From an uncultured Gemmatimonadales bacterium (GTDB taxonomy: Bacteria; Gemmatimonadota; Gemmatimonadetes; Gemmatimonadales; JACORV01), in NCBI GenBank assembly GCA_963806755.1, contig CAWDZR010000031.1:1385-65384 (forward strand): DNA of 64,000 bases, given 5' to 3'. Positions 28,030-36,374 of the stretch are shown here, in pieces (positions within the stretch are counted from its first letter, which is position 1; every line of letters starts with the position of its first letter). The notes beneath the pieces are model-generated. The model was not told the origin of the DNA, did not search any database, and saw only the letters and a list, made by a program, of their open reading frames with translations. Both the position numbers and the translations under genes were made by a program.

Positions 28030-29768
28030 AGCTCACCGGCGGCCAGATCGTCGTTCGCGCGCTCGAGGACGAGGGCATCCCCTTCGCCTTCGGCATCCCG
28101 GGCACGCACAACATCGAGCTGTACGACGCGCTCGCGGCCTCCACGAAGGTCCGGCCGGTGCTCGTGACCGACGAGCAGAGCGCGAGCTTCATGGCCGACG
28201 CGGTGTGGCGGTCGTCGGGCCGGCTCGCGTGCGCCAACGTGGTGCCGGGCGCGGGGCTCACGCACGCCATGAGCGGCATCGCGGAGGCGTACCTCGACAC
28301 CGTGGCGCTGCTGGTGCTGGGATGCGGCATCCGTCGCGACACCGGCAAGGCCTACCAGCTGCACGACGTGGACCAGATCGCGATGGTCAGGCCCGTCACC
28401 AAGGCGCAGTTCCGGCCGCAGGCCGGGGAGGAGCTGTACGCCACCATCCGGGAGGCGTGCCGACTCGCGCGCGAGGCGCCGGCGGGCCCGGTGTTCGTGG
28501 AGGTACCCGCGAACCTGTACCTGTTCACCCACGACGCGAACGTGGATGCGGCGGCACACCCTACACCCCACACCCTACACCCAGCACAACAGCAAGCAGA
28601 GCTGCAGAGAGCGCAGGTGTTGCACGCCGCCGAGTTGCTGAACGCCGTCCCACACCCCCTGCTTTACCTCGGCCTCGGCGCCGCCCCCGCCCTGCCGCAT
28701 CTCGTGGAGCTCGCCGAGCGCCTCGAGGCGCCGGTGGCCACGACGTTCCAGGGCAAGGGCGTCTTCCCCGAGTCCCACCCGCTCGCGCTGTGGCCCGGCT
28801 TCGGCGCCGCGGCGCCGCCGTTCGCACGGGCGGTCGCCGACGGCTGCGACGCCACGCTGGCCATCGGCTGCCGCTTCGGCGAGGTGGCCACGGGGAGCTA
28901 CGGTCTCGCCGTACCCCGGCCGCTCATTCACGTGGACGTGGATGCGTCCGTTCCCGGGCGCAACTACCCCACGGACGTCGCGATCGCCGGCGACTCGGCG
29001 GCCGTCGTGCCGGCGCTGCTGGCGGCGCTGGCGCCGCATCCGCGCGACCCCGCACTCCGCGCGCGCATCGCGGAGGGGCACGCCGCCCTGGCGCGCGAGC
29101 GGGCGGCCGCACCGGACACCGGGCGCGTCTCGCCCGTCCGCCTTCTCGCCGCGCTCCAGGCAAGGCTCGGACCGCAGGCGATCTTCACCGCCGACAGCGG
29201 CAACGGGACGTTCCTCGCCGTCGAGCTGCTGCGGCTCGAGGCGCCGGGCAGGCTGCTCGCCCCGGTGGACTACTCGTGCATGGGCTACGCCGTGCCGGCG
29301 GCCGTCGGCGCGAAGCTGGCGCGGCCGGATTGCCCCGTCGTCGCGCTCGCCGGAGACGGCGCCTTCCTCATGACGGGGCTCGAGCTGCTGACGGCCGCGC
29401 AGCTCGGACTCGCCGTCGCGGTGTTCGTGCTGCGGGACGGCGAGCTGGCGCAGATCGCCCAGTTCCAGGAGACCGCCTTGGGCCGCAAGACGGCGAGCGA
29501 GGTCGCGGACTACGACCTCGGGGAAATCGGTCGGGCGTTGAGAGTCGAGAGTCTAGAGCTCAAGCGGGACGCCGACATCGGCCCCGTCCTGGAGCGCGTC
29601 GCCGCGGCCACCGCCGCCGGCCGGCCGGTGCTGGTGGACACGGCGATCGACTACTCGGAGAAGACGTTCTTCACGAGGGGGGTGGTGAAGACGACCTTCC
29701 TCCGCCTTCCCTGGCGCGACCGGCTGAGGTATGTGGGGAGGGCGTTGCTGAGACGCGTGATGCCTTAG
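28026..29768 (+). CDS. thiamine-diphosphate-dependent enzyme (acetolactate synthase-like family)
   Basis: GTG 28026 overlaps the GMC stop. VKLTGGQIVVRALEDEGIPFAFGIPGTHNIELYDAL...DEQSASFMADA fits the Pyr domain. ...LAGDGAFLMTGLELLTA carries the GDG ThDP-binding motif. The first 408 codons of ORF 26802..29768 are out-of-frame overlap with the GMC gene. Confidence 0.8.
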   Translation: MKLTGGQIVVRALEDEGIPFAFGIPGTHNIELYDALAASTKVRPVLVTDEQSASFMADAVWRSSGRLACANVVPGAGLTHAMSGIAEAYLDTVALLVLGCGIRRDTGKAYQLHDVDQIAMVRPVTKAQFRPQAGEELYATIREACRLAREAPAGPVFVEVPANLYLFTHDANVDAAAHPTPHTLHPAQQQAELQRAQVLHAAELLNAVPHPLLYLGLGAAPALPHLVELAERLEAPVATTFQGKGVFPESHPLALWPGFGAAAPPFARAVADGCDATLAIGCRFGEVATGSYGLAVPRPLIHVDVDASVPGRNYPTDVAIAGDSAAVVPALLAALAPHPRDPALRARIAEGHAALARERAAAPDTGRVSPVRLLAALQARLGPQAIFTADSGNGTFLAVELLRLEAPGRLLAPVDYSCMGYAVPAAVGAKLARPDCPVVALAGDGAFLMTGLELLTAAQLGLAVAVFVLRDGELAQIAQFQETALGRKTASEVADYDLGEIGRALRVESLELKRDADIGPVLERVAAATAAGRPVLVDTAIDYSEKTFFTRGVVKTTFLRLPWRDRLRYVGRALLRRVMP

Positions 29769-30604
29769 AACCACACCTTCATCCCCGCCGTCGGGCCGCT
29801 GAACGGCGCGCCCACGCCGACCCGCGTCCACCGCCACCCGAGCATGAGCTCCGCCCGGCCCACGAAGACGGAGCCGTGGCCCGCCAGGTCCACGAACCCC
29901 GTGCCGAACAGTGGGCCGCCCTCCCAGGTGAGCGGCGCCAGGCGGGCCGTGCCGCCGATGCCGAGCGGGCGGGCCGGGAAGAGCTGCATCCCCAGCTCCA
30001 GCTCCGGGCCGGCCGCGGCGTCGCCGTCGCCCAGCACCAGCGCCTGCAAGCCGAGCCCGATCCGGAAGTACCCGATGTCCCCGGCCGGCGGCAGGCCCGC
30101 GACACCCACGCGAAACAGGTGCAGGTAGTCGGTGCCGGACGGCGTGGGCTCGCGGTAGAACGTGTAGTCCAGCTCCCGCTGGAGCGCGCCGCCCACCCAC
30201 TCGATGCTGAAGTTCGCGCCGCGCAGCGTGGACGTGCCATCCCGGAAGTACGACCCCGAGAAGGTGCCGAAGCTGCGGCCGTGATAGACGTCCTGGAGCA
30301 CGAACGGCGAGGGCCCGTCGGAACGCGCGTACGGGTACTTCAGGTATCCCTGGCCCGTGTCCCGCGGGACGTAGAACAGCATCTGAAAGATGAAGCTCGA
30401 GAAGAAGCCGCCGCCATCGTCATCGCCCGAGTCGTCGTCGTGGCCGTGGCGATGGCGATCGCCCTTGGTCGCGTTGTCGGCGGAGCGCTCGACGTCGTGG
30501 ATCTTGCCCTTCGACGCGGTGTCGTTCTGCGCGTGGAGCGCGGCCGGAACGGACGCGGCGAGCAGCGCGAGGAGCGCGAATGGGACCAACCCGGAGGGTC
30601 TCAT
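29765..30604 (-). CDS. hypothetical outer-membrane beta-barrel protein with acidic His/Asp-rich N-terminal segment
   Basis: In-frame ATG 30604 gives MRPSGLVPFALLALLAASVPAALHAQ (signal). Then comes DRHRHGHDDDSGDDDGGG, followed by alternating beta-strand-like sequence ending ...GMKVWF, a C-terminal aromatic typical of OMPs. No family recognised. Confidence 0.5.
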   Translation of the reverse strand: MRPSGLVPFALLALLAASVPAALHAQNDTASKGKIHDVERSADNATKGDRHRHGHDDDSGDDDGGGFFSSFIFQMLFYVPRDTGQGYLKYPYARSDGPSPFVLQDVYHGRSFGTFSGSYFRDGTSTLRGANFSIEWVGGALQRELDYTFYREPTPSGTDYLHLFRVGVAGLPPAGDIGYFRIGLGLQALVLGDGDAAAGPELELGMQLFPARPLGIGGTARLAPLTWEGGPLFGTGFVDLAGHGSVFVGRAELMLGWRWTRVGVGAPFSGPTAGMKVWF

Positions 30605-30782
30605 GCTGCCAGGAAGGGGCATCACGCGTGCCAGCGCAGCAAGCGCGTGGTCTCGATGATCTTGACGACGGCTTGACGGCTCGCCGTCGGGACGCGCTGT
30701 CCAGTCCTGATGACGGCGCGCGCGTCGTCTTGACACCTCCCGCGGCGCGACCCAACGTTGGCGCCCCGGACCGGAGGCCCAC

Positions 30783-31295
30783 GTGGCGACGAAACAACCG
30801 ACCGCACCGCCCGACGCCGGCGAGGCGCTGCTCTCCGCCCTCGCCACCAGCGAGCGCATCACCCAGTTCCTGCTCGAGCGCCTGCCCGCGGCCGCGTGGC
30901 GGGCCGAGCCGCCGGGCGGCGAAGGCCGCACCATCGCCGCCATCGTGGCCCACGTGCACAACGTCCGGCTGATGTGGCTGAAAGCGGCCGGCACGGGAGG
31001 CAAGCTGCCCCCGCAGCTCGACAAGATGAAAGTCACCGTGACCCAGGCCCGGAAGGCGCTCGGGGCCAGCCACGAGGCCGTGGACGCGCTGGTGACCGAC
31101 GCCCTCGCCGGGAGCGGACGCGTGAAGAACTTCCCGCCCGACGTCACGGCCTTCGTGGCTTACCTGATCGCGCACGACGCCCACCATCGCGGCCAGATCT
31201 GCATGCTGAGCCGCCAGGCGGGTCACCGCCTGCCGAACGAGGTCACCTTCGGGATGTGGGAGTGGAACAAGCGGAGGCAGGAGGCCTCTACTTGA
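30783..31295 (+). CDS. DinB-family protein
   Basis: 170 aa. ...IAAIVAHVHNVRLMWL...FVAYLIAHDAHHRGQICML shows the His-triad pattern of the DinB/DinB_2 four-helix bundle. Confidence 0.75.
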   Translation: MATKQPTAPPDAGEALLSALATSERITQFLLERLPAAAWRAEPPGGEGRTIAAIVAHVHNVRLMWLKAAGTGGKLPPQLDKMKVTVTQARKALGASHEAVDALVTDALAGSGRVKNFPPDVTAFVAYLIAHDAHHRGQICMLSRQAGHRLPNEVTFGMWEWNKRRQEAST

Positions 31296-32121
31296 GCCGA
31301 TCCAATCTCGCCTTGAGCCGCTGATTCCCCGGATTCTCCGCCACCAGCTTCTCGAGCAGCGCCTTGGCGGAGTCCTTCATCCCCGCCGCGGTGAAGACGT
31401 CCATCTTCGCGAACGCGATCCGCACCTTCATGAACGGCTCGGAGTCGGGAACGGCGATGCGGCCCAGGGCGGCCAGCGCGGCCTGCGGATCCTTGCGGTC
31501 CTGCATCAGCGACTGCGCCGCGACCAGCTCGACGTTCGGGTCGCCCGGGTTGAGTCGCGCCAGCTGGGTGATCAGGGAGTCCGCTTCCGTGGCGCGGTGC
31601 TCGCGCCGCGCCAGCATCGCCTCCTCGAACAGTCCGGCATTGAGGAGCCGGTGCACGTCCACCGTGTCCCCGGTCCGGAGGCCCGGGCCGCCGGCGAAGG
31701 AGTACACCAGGTCGCCGCCGCGGTCGCCGGCCTTGTAAACGGCGCCCACGGCCGCGAGGCACGCGACCGACGAGGCGATCTCGGCGTAGCGGCGCCACTG
31801 GTCGCGCTTCACCAGGGCGAGCCCGACGAGCTCCAGCCCCGCCACCACGAGCAGGATGTCGCGCGCCCACTCGCCCGCGTCCTGGTGCGACTGCACCTGG
31901 GCCGCGACCCCGGGGATGCGCTCGACCCGCTCGTGCGCCTGGCTTCCCGACTCGGCGGCCACGACGGCGGCGCCCGCGCCCAGGATCAGCAGCGTCGCCG
32001 CGGCCGGCCGCGTGAACGGCAGCTTCCCGGTGAGGGCGAACCAGCGCAGGATCGCGCCGACGATGGCGAGCACGACGACGAAGTGGACGACCTGGGGGTG
32101 CAGCGAGGCGATGTCGGGCAT
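31288..32121 (-). CDS. membrane protein (DUF2231-like) with C-terminal TPR-like region
   Basis: In-frame ATG 32121 gives MPDIASLHPQVVHFVVVLAIVGAILRWF... with 4 TM helices, then a helical repeat tail ...QLARLNPGDPNVELVAAQSLMQDRKDPQAALAAL. The upstream part of ORF 31288..33330 is an artefact. Confidence 0.45.
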   Translation of the reverse strand: MPDIASLHPQVVHFVVVLAIVGAILRWFALTGKLPFTRPAAATLLILGAGAAVVAAESGSQAHERVERIPGVAAQVQSHQDAGEWARDILLVVAGLELVGLALVKRDQWRRYAEIASSVACLAAVGAVYKAGDRGGDLVYSFAGGPGLRTGDTVDVHRLLNAGLFEEAMLARREHRATEADSLITQLARLNPGDPNVELVAAQSLMQDRKDPQAALAALGRIAVPDSEPFMKVRIAFAKMDVFTAAGMKDSAKALLEKLVAENPGNQRLKARLDRLK

Positions 32122-32251
32122 GACCGGCTGGCCTGGGATGGAAAAGGGAATACATGATGATGGATTGGAGACTGTGCCGCAACTGGGCCGCCAATCGCGG
32201 CCCGCCGGCCGCGCGCTTGACACCCTGCACCACGAGTGGCGAAGCTTGCTC

Positions 32252-32437
32252 ATGGCAATGAACGCCGAGTGGCACCAAGCCCATCCCGAGCCGCGTAAAG
32301 CCACCCTCGCCCAGCGCGTGTCGTGGCACCGGCTGCACGCCGAGAACTGCAACTGCCGCCCCATCCCGCCGGACATCATGATCGAGATCGACCGGCTGGA
32401 GCGTTCGAAGAACAAGAAGACGTACCGACCCAGGTAG
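32252..32437 (+). CDS. small conserved-looking His/Cys protein (hypothetical, possible metal-binding)
   Basis: 61 aa: MAMNAEWHQAHPEPRKATLAQRVSWHRLHAENCNCRPIPPDIMIEIDRLERSKNKKTYRPR. The pattern WH..H...(17)...WH..H...C.CRPIP recalls small proteins I have seen in many bacterial genomes. Confidence 0.45.
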   Translation: MAMNAEWHQAHPEPRKATLAQRVSWHRLHAENCNCRPIPPDIMIEIDRLERSKNKKTYRPR

Positions 32438-32442
32438 AAGCC

Positions 32443-34006
32443 GTGAGTCCCGGCGAGGCCGCCCCGCCGCCCCCCGGGCGCCCCGCTTTCACCGGCCGGC
32501 TGGTGTGGTCCCTGGCGGCCGCGCTGCTCGCGCTCCACGTCGTCACCAATCTCGTCACGCCCTACGGCATCCAGCGGGACGAGTTCCTGTACTTCGCCAT
32601 GGGCGACCACCTGCGCCTGTGGCACATGGACTTCCCGCCGCTCATCGCCGTCCTGTCGTGGGTTTCGCGGTTCCTGCTCGGCGATTCGCTGGTGGCGCTG
32701 CGCGCCGTTCCGAACCTGGCCGCGAGCGCCATCGTCGTGCTCGCCGCGCTGCTGGCGCGCGAGCTGGGCGGCGGGCGGTTCGCGCAGGCGTTCGCGGCGC
32801 TGGCCGTCGTCGGCAGCGTCTTCTTCCAGCGCGCCGGCGCCCTGTACCAGCCCGTCATTCTCGACGCCCTGTGGTGGACCGTGGGGTTCTACGTGCTGGC
32901 GCGGCTCGTGCGCGGGGACGCGCCCGAGCGGCATTGGTGGCTGCTGCTGGGCCTCGCGGGCGGGATCGGGCTCCTGACCAAGTTCAGCATCCTGTTCTTC
33001 GGCTTCGGCGTGCTGATCGCGCTCCTCGCGACGCCCTGGCGCCGCGCGCTGCTCCAGCGAGGTCCGTGGGTCGCCCTGCTCGTGGCGCTGGTCGTGGGCA
33101 GCCCGACGCTCGTCGGGCAGGTCACGCTCGGCTGGCCGCTCGTCGGCCAGATGCAGGACCTGCGGCAGAGCCAGCTCGGCCACGTCTCCGTCGCCGGCTT
33201 CTTCCTCACCCAGCTCATGTTCGGACCGGCGATGCTGGCCGGCGCGTGGGGCGCGGGCGCGCTCCTGTTCTCGCCGACGGCTGCGGCCGTTCCGGGCGAT
33301 CGGCTGGACCGTGCTGGTCGTGTGGATCACGCTGGTGGTCCTGCACGGGAAGGCGTACTACGTCGGGGCGACATATCCCGTGCTGTTCGCGGCCGGCGCC
33401 GTCACGCTCGAAGCCGTGCGGCGACCGGCGCTCGGCGTCGGGCTGCGGCAGACCGCGGCGTGGGCCACGGCGGCGTACGGCGCGTTGGTCCTGCCGCTCG
33501 GCGTGCCGATCCTGGGGCCGGCCCCGCTCGAGCGCTACGTCCACGCCATCGGCGCCGTGGAGGCGCTGCGCGACAACCAGGGCCAGCTGGGGCGCCTGCC
33601 GCAGGACTACGCCGACATGCTCGGCTGGAAGGAGCGGACGGCGGCGGTCGCGGAGGCCTACCACGCGCTCCCGCCCCTCGAGCGGGCGGAGGCGGTGATC
33701 ATCGCCAACAACTGGGGCGAGGCGGGCGCGCTGGAGTTCTACGGGCCGCGCTACGGCCTGCCGCAGGTCGTGTGCGCGGCGGGCTCGTTCTACTACTGGG
33801 GGCCCGGCGAGAAGGCGGGGGCCGTGGCCGTCACGATCGGCGAGGGCCGCGAGGGCCTGCGGCGCTTCTACGATTCGGTCGAGGCGGGACCGCACCTCGT
33901 CAATCCGCTGACCGTCCGCGAGGAGCGCGATCTCACCGTGTACATCTGCCGCCGGCCCAGGACGACGCTGCAGGCGATATGGCCGGGAGAAGCGGGAAGG
34001 CACTGA
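32443..34006 (+). pseudogene. glycosyltransferase family 39 (ArnT/PMT-like) gene interrupted by a +1 frameshift near 33277
   Basis: Frame 1 from GTG 32443 (..LVWSLAAALLALHVVTNLVTPYGIQRDEFLYFAMGDHL..., many TM helices) is sensible up to ..GALLFSP. Frame 2 then continues RLRPFRAIGWTVLVVWITLVVLHGKAYYVGATYPVLF... to the stop at 34006. Omitting one base around 33277 joins the two. Confidence 0.7.
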
Positions 34007-34019
34007 CGACTGGAGGAGC

Positions 34020-34189
34020 GTGAGAGGTGACAGGTGAAGGTGAGAGGTGAGAGGTGAGAGGTGAGAGGTGAGACGTTCAAGTGAGAGGTGAGAGGCGAAA
34101 GGCGTGAGAAAGTGCGGGATGCCCTCTCACGCATTTCCACCTCTCACATCTCACTCAACCGTCTCACCTCTCACCTCTCACCTCTCACC
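34020..34189. repeat. Long hairpin of tandem heptamers (GTGAGAG)n / (CTCTCAC)n between convergent genes
   Basis: Five GTGAGAG/GTGAGAC units lie at 34040-34074 and four G/CTCTCAC units at 34161-34188. 34047-34074 is the exact reverse complement of 34161-34188 (28 bp). The interior arms (34081-34109 and 34125-34154) pair again with a few mismatches. Confidence 0.9.
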
Positions 34190-34192
34190 ATT

Positions 34193-35749
34193 TCATCGCA
34201 AATCCACCGCCTGCCTCACCACCACCGCCCAATGCCCTCCCGTGAAGCCGGCGCCGAAGCGGTTGGCCAGTGCGATCTCCGTCACCTCGCCTCTCGTCGA
34301 ACGCGTGGCGCCGAGCCGGAGCGCGAGGCCGACGTCGCCGCCCGCGCGCGGGCGCTCGCCCGCGAACCACGCCCCTCCCCACTCGGCGAACGGCGCGAGG
34401 CCCACCCCCACCAGGCCCAGCGCGTCGTTGGCCACCAGGAAGCGGTCCTCTCCCACCACCCAGTAGCGGCGGGTGCCGGTGAAGGCGTGGGCGCCGAAGG
34501 CCCGCGGCCCATTCTGGTACAGCCACAGGTCGAACTCCGTCCCCGGTGCCACGTCCCGCGCCGCGCCCCCCTCCGCGTGCAGCATCAGCGTCTGGCGGGG
34601 CAGCCGCTGGCTCGCGACGGTCATCGCCGCCTCGACCCGGCCGGAGTCGAGGCCCGCCCCGCTCACCACGCCGTCCGCGTTCATGCGCAGCCACATGAAC
34701 CCGTCCCGCCATCCCGTGCCCCACTGCGCCTGTACCTCGGGGCCCACGCCGCCGCGGCCGGCGCCGTAGCCGAACGCCCGCGGCGCGACCCACGCGCCCA
34801 GCCACAGGCGGCTCGAGATGTCCACGTCCTCGGGGCGGTCGTACTGGTCGAGGCTGCGCGCGACCCGGAACCGCGACCGCCCCAGCTCGATCCCCATCCC
34901 CCCGGTGAAACTCGTCGAGTCGGGCGCGGCCGCCGCGCCGTAGCGCCCGAACTCCTCCTGCCGCAGCTGACCGAAGAACTGCAGCCGCGTGTACGCCTCG
35001 GCGGTCGCGCGCAGCGCCACGCCCCCGTCCAGCCGGAACCGCAGCGCCCGGCGCTCGGCGGAGTCGGCGAGCGCGCCGTCCACGAAGGTCAGCACCCGCG
35101 TCGTGCCGGCCTCGCCGCTGGTGACGAGCGCGGCGGGCGCCGACGTCTCGTAGAACGGCACCCCGTACGACCACACCGCGGCCCGGCCGTCGGAGAGGTC
35201 GAGCAGCCAGAGGTCGAGGTTCGCCCGCCGCAGCACCAGGCCGGGGGAGTGCAGCAGCAGCGCCCACTCGCTGCGATCCGGGTCCTTCTGGTACAGCGCC
35301 TGCACCGAGTTGGCGGTGCCGACCAGGTTCTTCTCCACCAGCGCCAGGTTCCAGGTGATGGACCCGGCCGACGACGAGAACGAGCCCTGCGGCCGCGTGC
35401 TCCAGCCGTCGGCCGTGGTGACCCGGACGCCGAAGCGCCCGTCCACCCGGACGGTGTCCAGCTCGACGTCGCGGAAGACGCCCAGGCCGCGCAGGGCCCG
35501 GGCGCTCTCGACCACGCGCGCGGAGTCGTACGGGTCGCCCTGGTCGAAGAGCAGCGTGCGGCGGATGACCCAGGGGCGCGTGCGGACGTGCAGCGCGTCG
35601 GCCAGCCGCGCCAGGAAGCCGGGCGCGTCGCCGAGGGGCTCGAAGATGTTGTGATTGACGACGACGATCGTGTCGATCGTCTGAGCCGAGGCCGGCGTCG
35701 CGCGGATGGCCGCCGCGAGCGCGGCGGCGCAGACGAGCCGGCGGATCAA
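34193..35749 (-). CDS. Omp85-family (BamA/TamA-like) outer-membrane protein with POTRA-like N-domain
   Basis: 518 aa (TTG start) with signal ..AIRATPASAQ. The POTRA-like segment is IDTIVVVNHNIF...VIRRTLLFDQGDPYDSARVVESARALRGLGVFRDVELDTVRVDGRFGVRVTTAD. A long beta-barrel-like C-terminal part follows. Confidence 0.65.
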   Translation of the reverse strand: MIRRLVCAAALAAAIRATPASAQTIDTIVVVNHNIFEPLGDAPGFLARLADALHVRTRPWVIRRTLLFDQGDPYDSARVVESARALRGLGVFRDVELDTVRVDGRFGVRVTTADGWSTRPQGSFSSSAGSITWNLALVEKNLVGTANSVQALYQKDPDRSEWALLLHSPGLVLRRANLDLWLLDLSDGRAAVWSYGVPFYETSAPAALVTSGEAGTTRVLTFVDGALADSAERRALRFRLDGGVALRATAEAYTRLQFFGQLRQEEFGRYGAAAAPDSTSFTGGMGIELGRSRFRVARSLDQYDRPEDVDISSRLWLGAWVAPRAFGYGAGRGGVGPEVQAQWGTGWRDGFMWLRMNADGVVSGAGLDSGRVEAAMTVASQRLPRQTLMLHAEGGAARDVAPGTEFDLWLYQNGPRAFGAHAFTGTRRYWVVGEDRFLVANDALGLVGVGLAPFAEWGGAWFAGERPRAGGDVGLALRLGATRSTRGEVTEIALANRFGAGFTGGHWAVVVRQAVDLR

Positions 35750-35792
35750 CGCCCGGGGCCGGGGGTCGGCCCGGGGCCGACGGTCGGCCCGG

Positions 35793-36230
35793 CTACTGCC
35801 GGGCCCAGGAGCTGACGATCACGTGCAGCGAATCGTTCCCGTCCATCCTGAGGATCGTGTCGCTCGGCGACTCCGTCAGCCGGAACGTGCCGCTGAAGTT
35901 GCGCTTGCCCGCCGCCGACATCAGCAGGATGCACTCCGAGCCGACCAGCTGGTACGACCCGCTGTCGGCGGTCAGCGTGTCGCCCACGCTGGCGGGGATG
36001 TACAGCGAATCCGCGTACTTCCCCGTCGTGAAGTACAGCACGCCGCTGGCCGGCGGCACCGTGTAGGTCCTGGTCCCGAACTGGTAGCTCGACAGCGTAT
36101 ACGAACCCACCAGGACCGGCGCCACACCGCTGCCGCAGTTGTTGCCGTTCGTCGGGGTGCTGTTGCACGACGCCGAGCCCAGGCCCGCTACCGCGAGCGC
36201 CATCAGGGCCAACGACCGTGTCGGAACCAT
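35793..36230 (-). CDS. small lipoprotein (paralog of 38545..38967)
   Basis: ATG 36230 is preceded by GAGGAGG. MVPTRSLALMALAVAGLGSASC carries a lipobox. It shares NxCGSG..P.LVG(S/T)Y(T/S)L.SY, DSG(S/T)Y...GS.CI and F.GTF.L blocks with the other copy. Confidence 0.6.
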   Translation of the reverse strand: MVPTRSLALMALAVAGLGSASCNSTPTNGNNCGSGVAPVLVGSYTLSSYQFGTRTYTVPPASGVLYFTTGKYADSLYIPASVGDTLTADSGSYQLVGSECILLMSAAGKRNFSGTFRLTESPSDTILRMDGNDSLHVIVSSWARQ

Positions 36231-36374
36231 CGAGCCTCCTCGGGCGAGCCGGCCGTGCCGAACCGACGGCCTCGGCTCCAACGATACGCGTTCCGGCGCC
36301 GCCTTGCCATCCCGCGCGCCGGAATCCGGGTGCATCGCCTGGCGCCGCAGCGTCCGTCGCGGGCGCCGGCGTCC

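Noticed and set aside
32217-32245. TTGACA at 32217-32222 as the -35 box of a promoter for the small His/Cys ORF.
   Set aside because: There is no acceptable -10 hexamer at 16-18 nt spacing (the sequence there is CGAAGC), so I did not call a promoter.
34020-34189. Whether the heptamer-repeat loci are CRISPR arrays.
   Set aside because: The repeat period is 7 nt with no unique spacers, the arrays are under 200 nt, they are organised as inverted arms, and no cas genes are adjacent. The DUF2779 Cas4-like protein is 20 kb away and not next to any array.
33868-34466. ORFs encoding SHLSPLTSHL / GERWKGVRG-type peptides across the repeat elements (33868..34140, 34088..35815, 34104..34466, 10198..10410, 9820..10236 and others).
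   Set aside because: They are simply translations of the GTGAGAG/CTCTCAC repeats in both orientations. They have no start context and lie between convergent stop codons.
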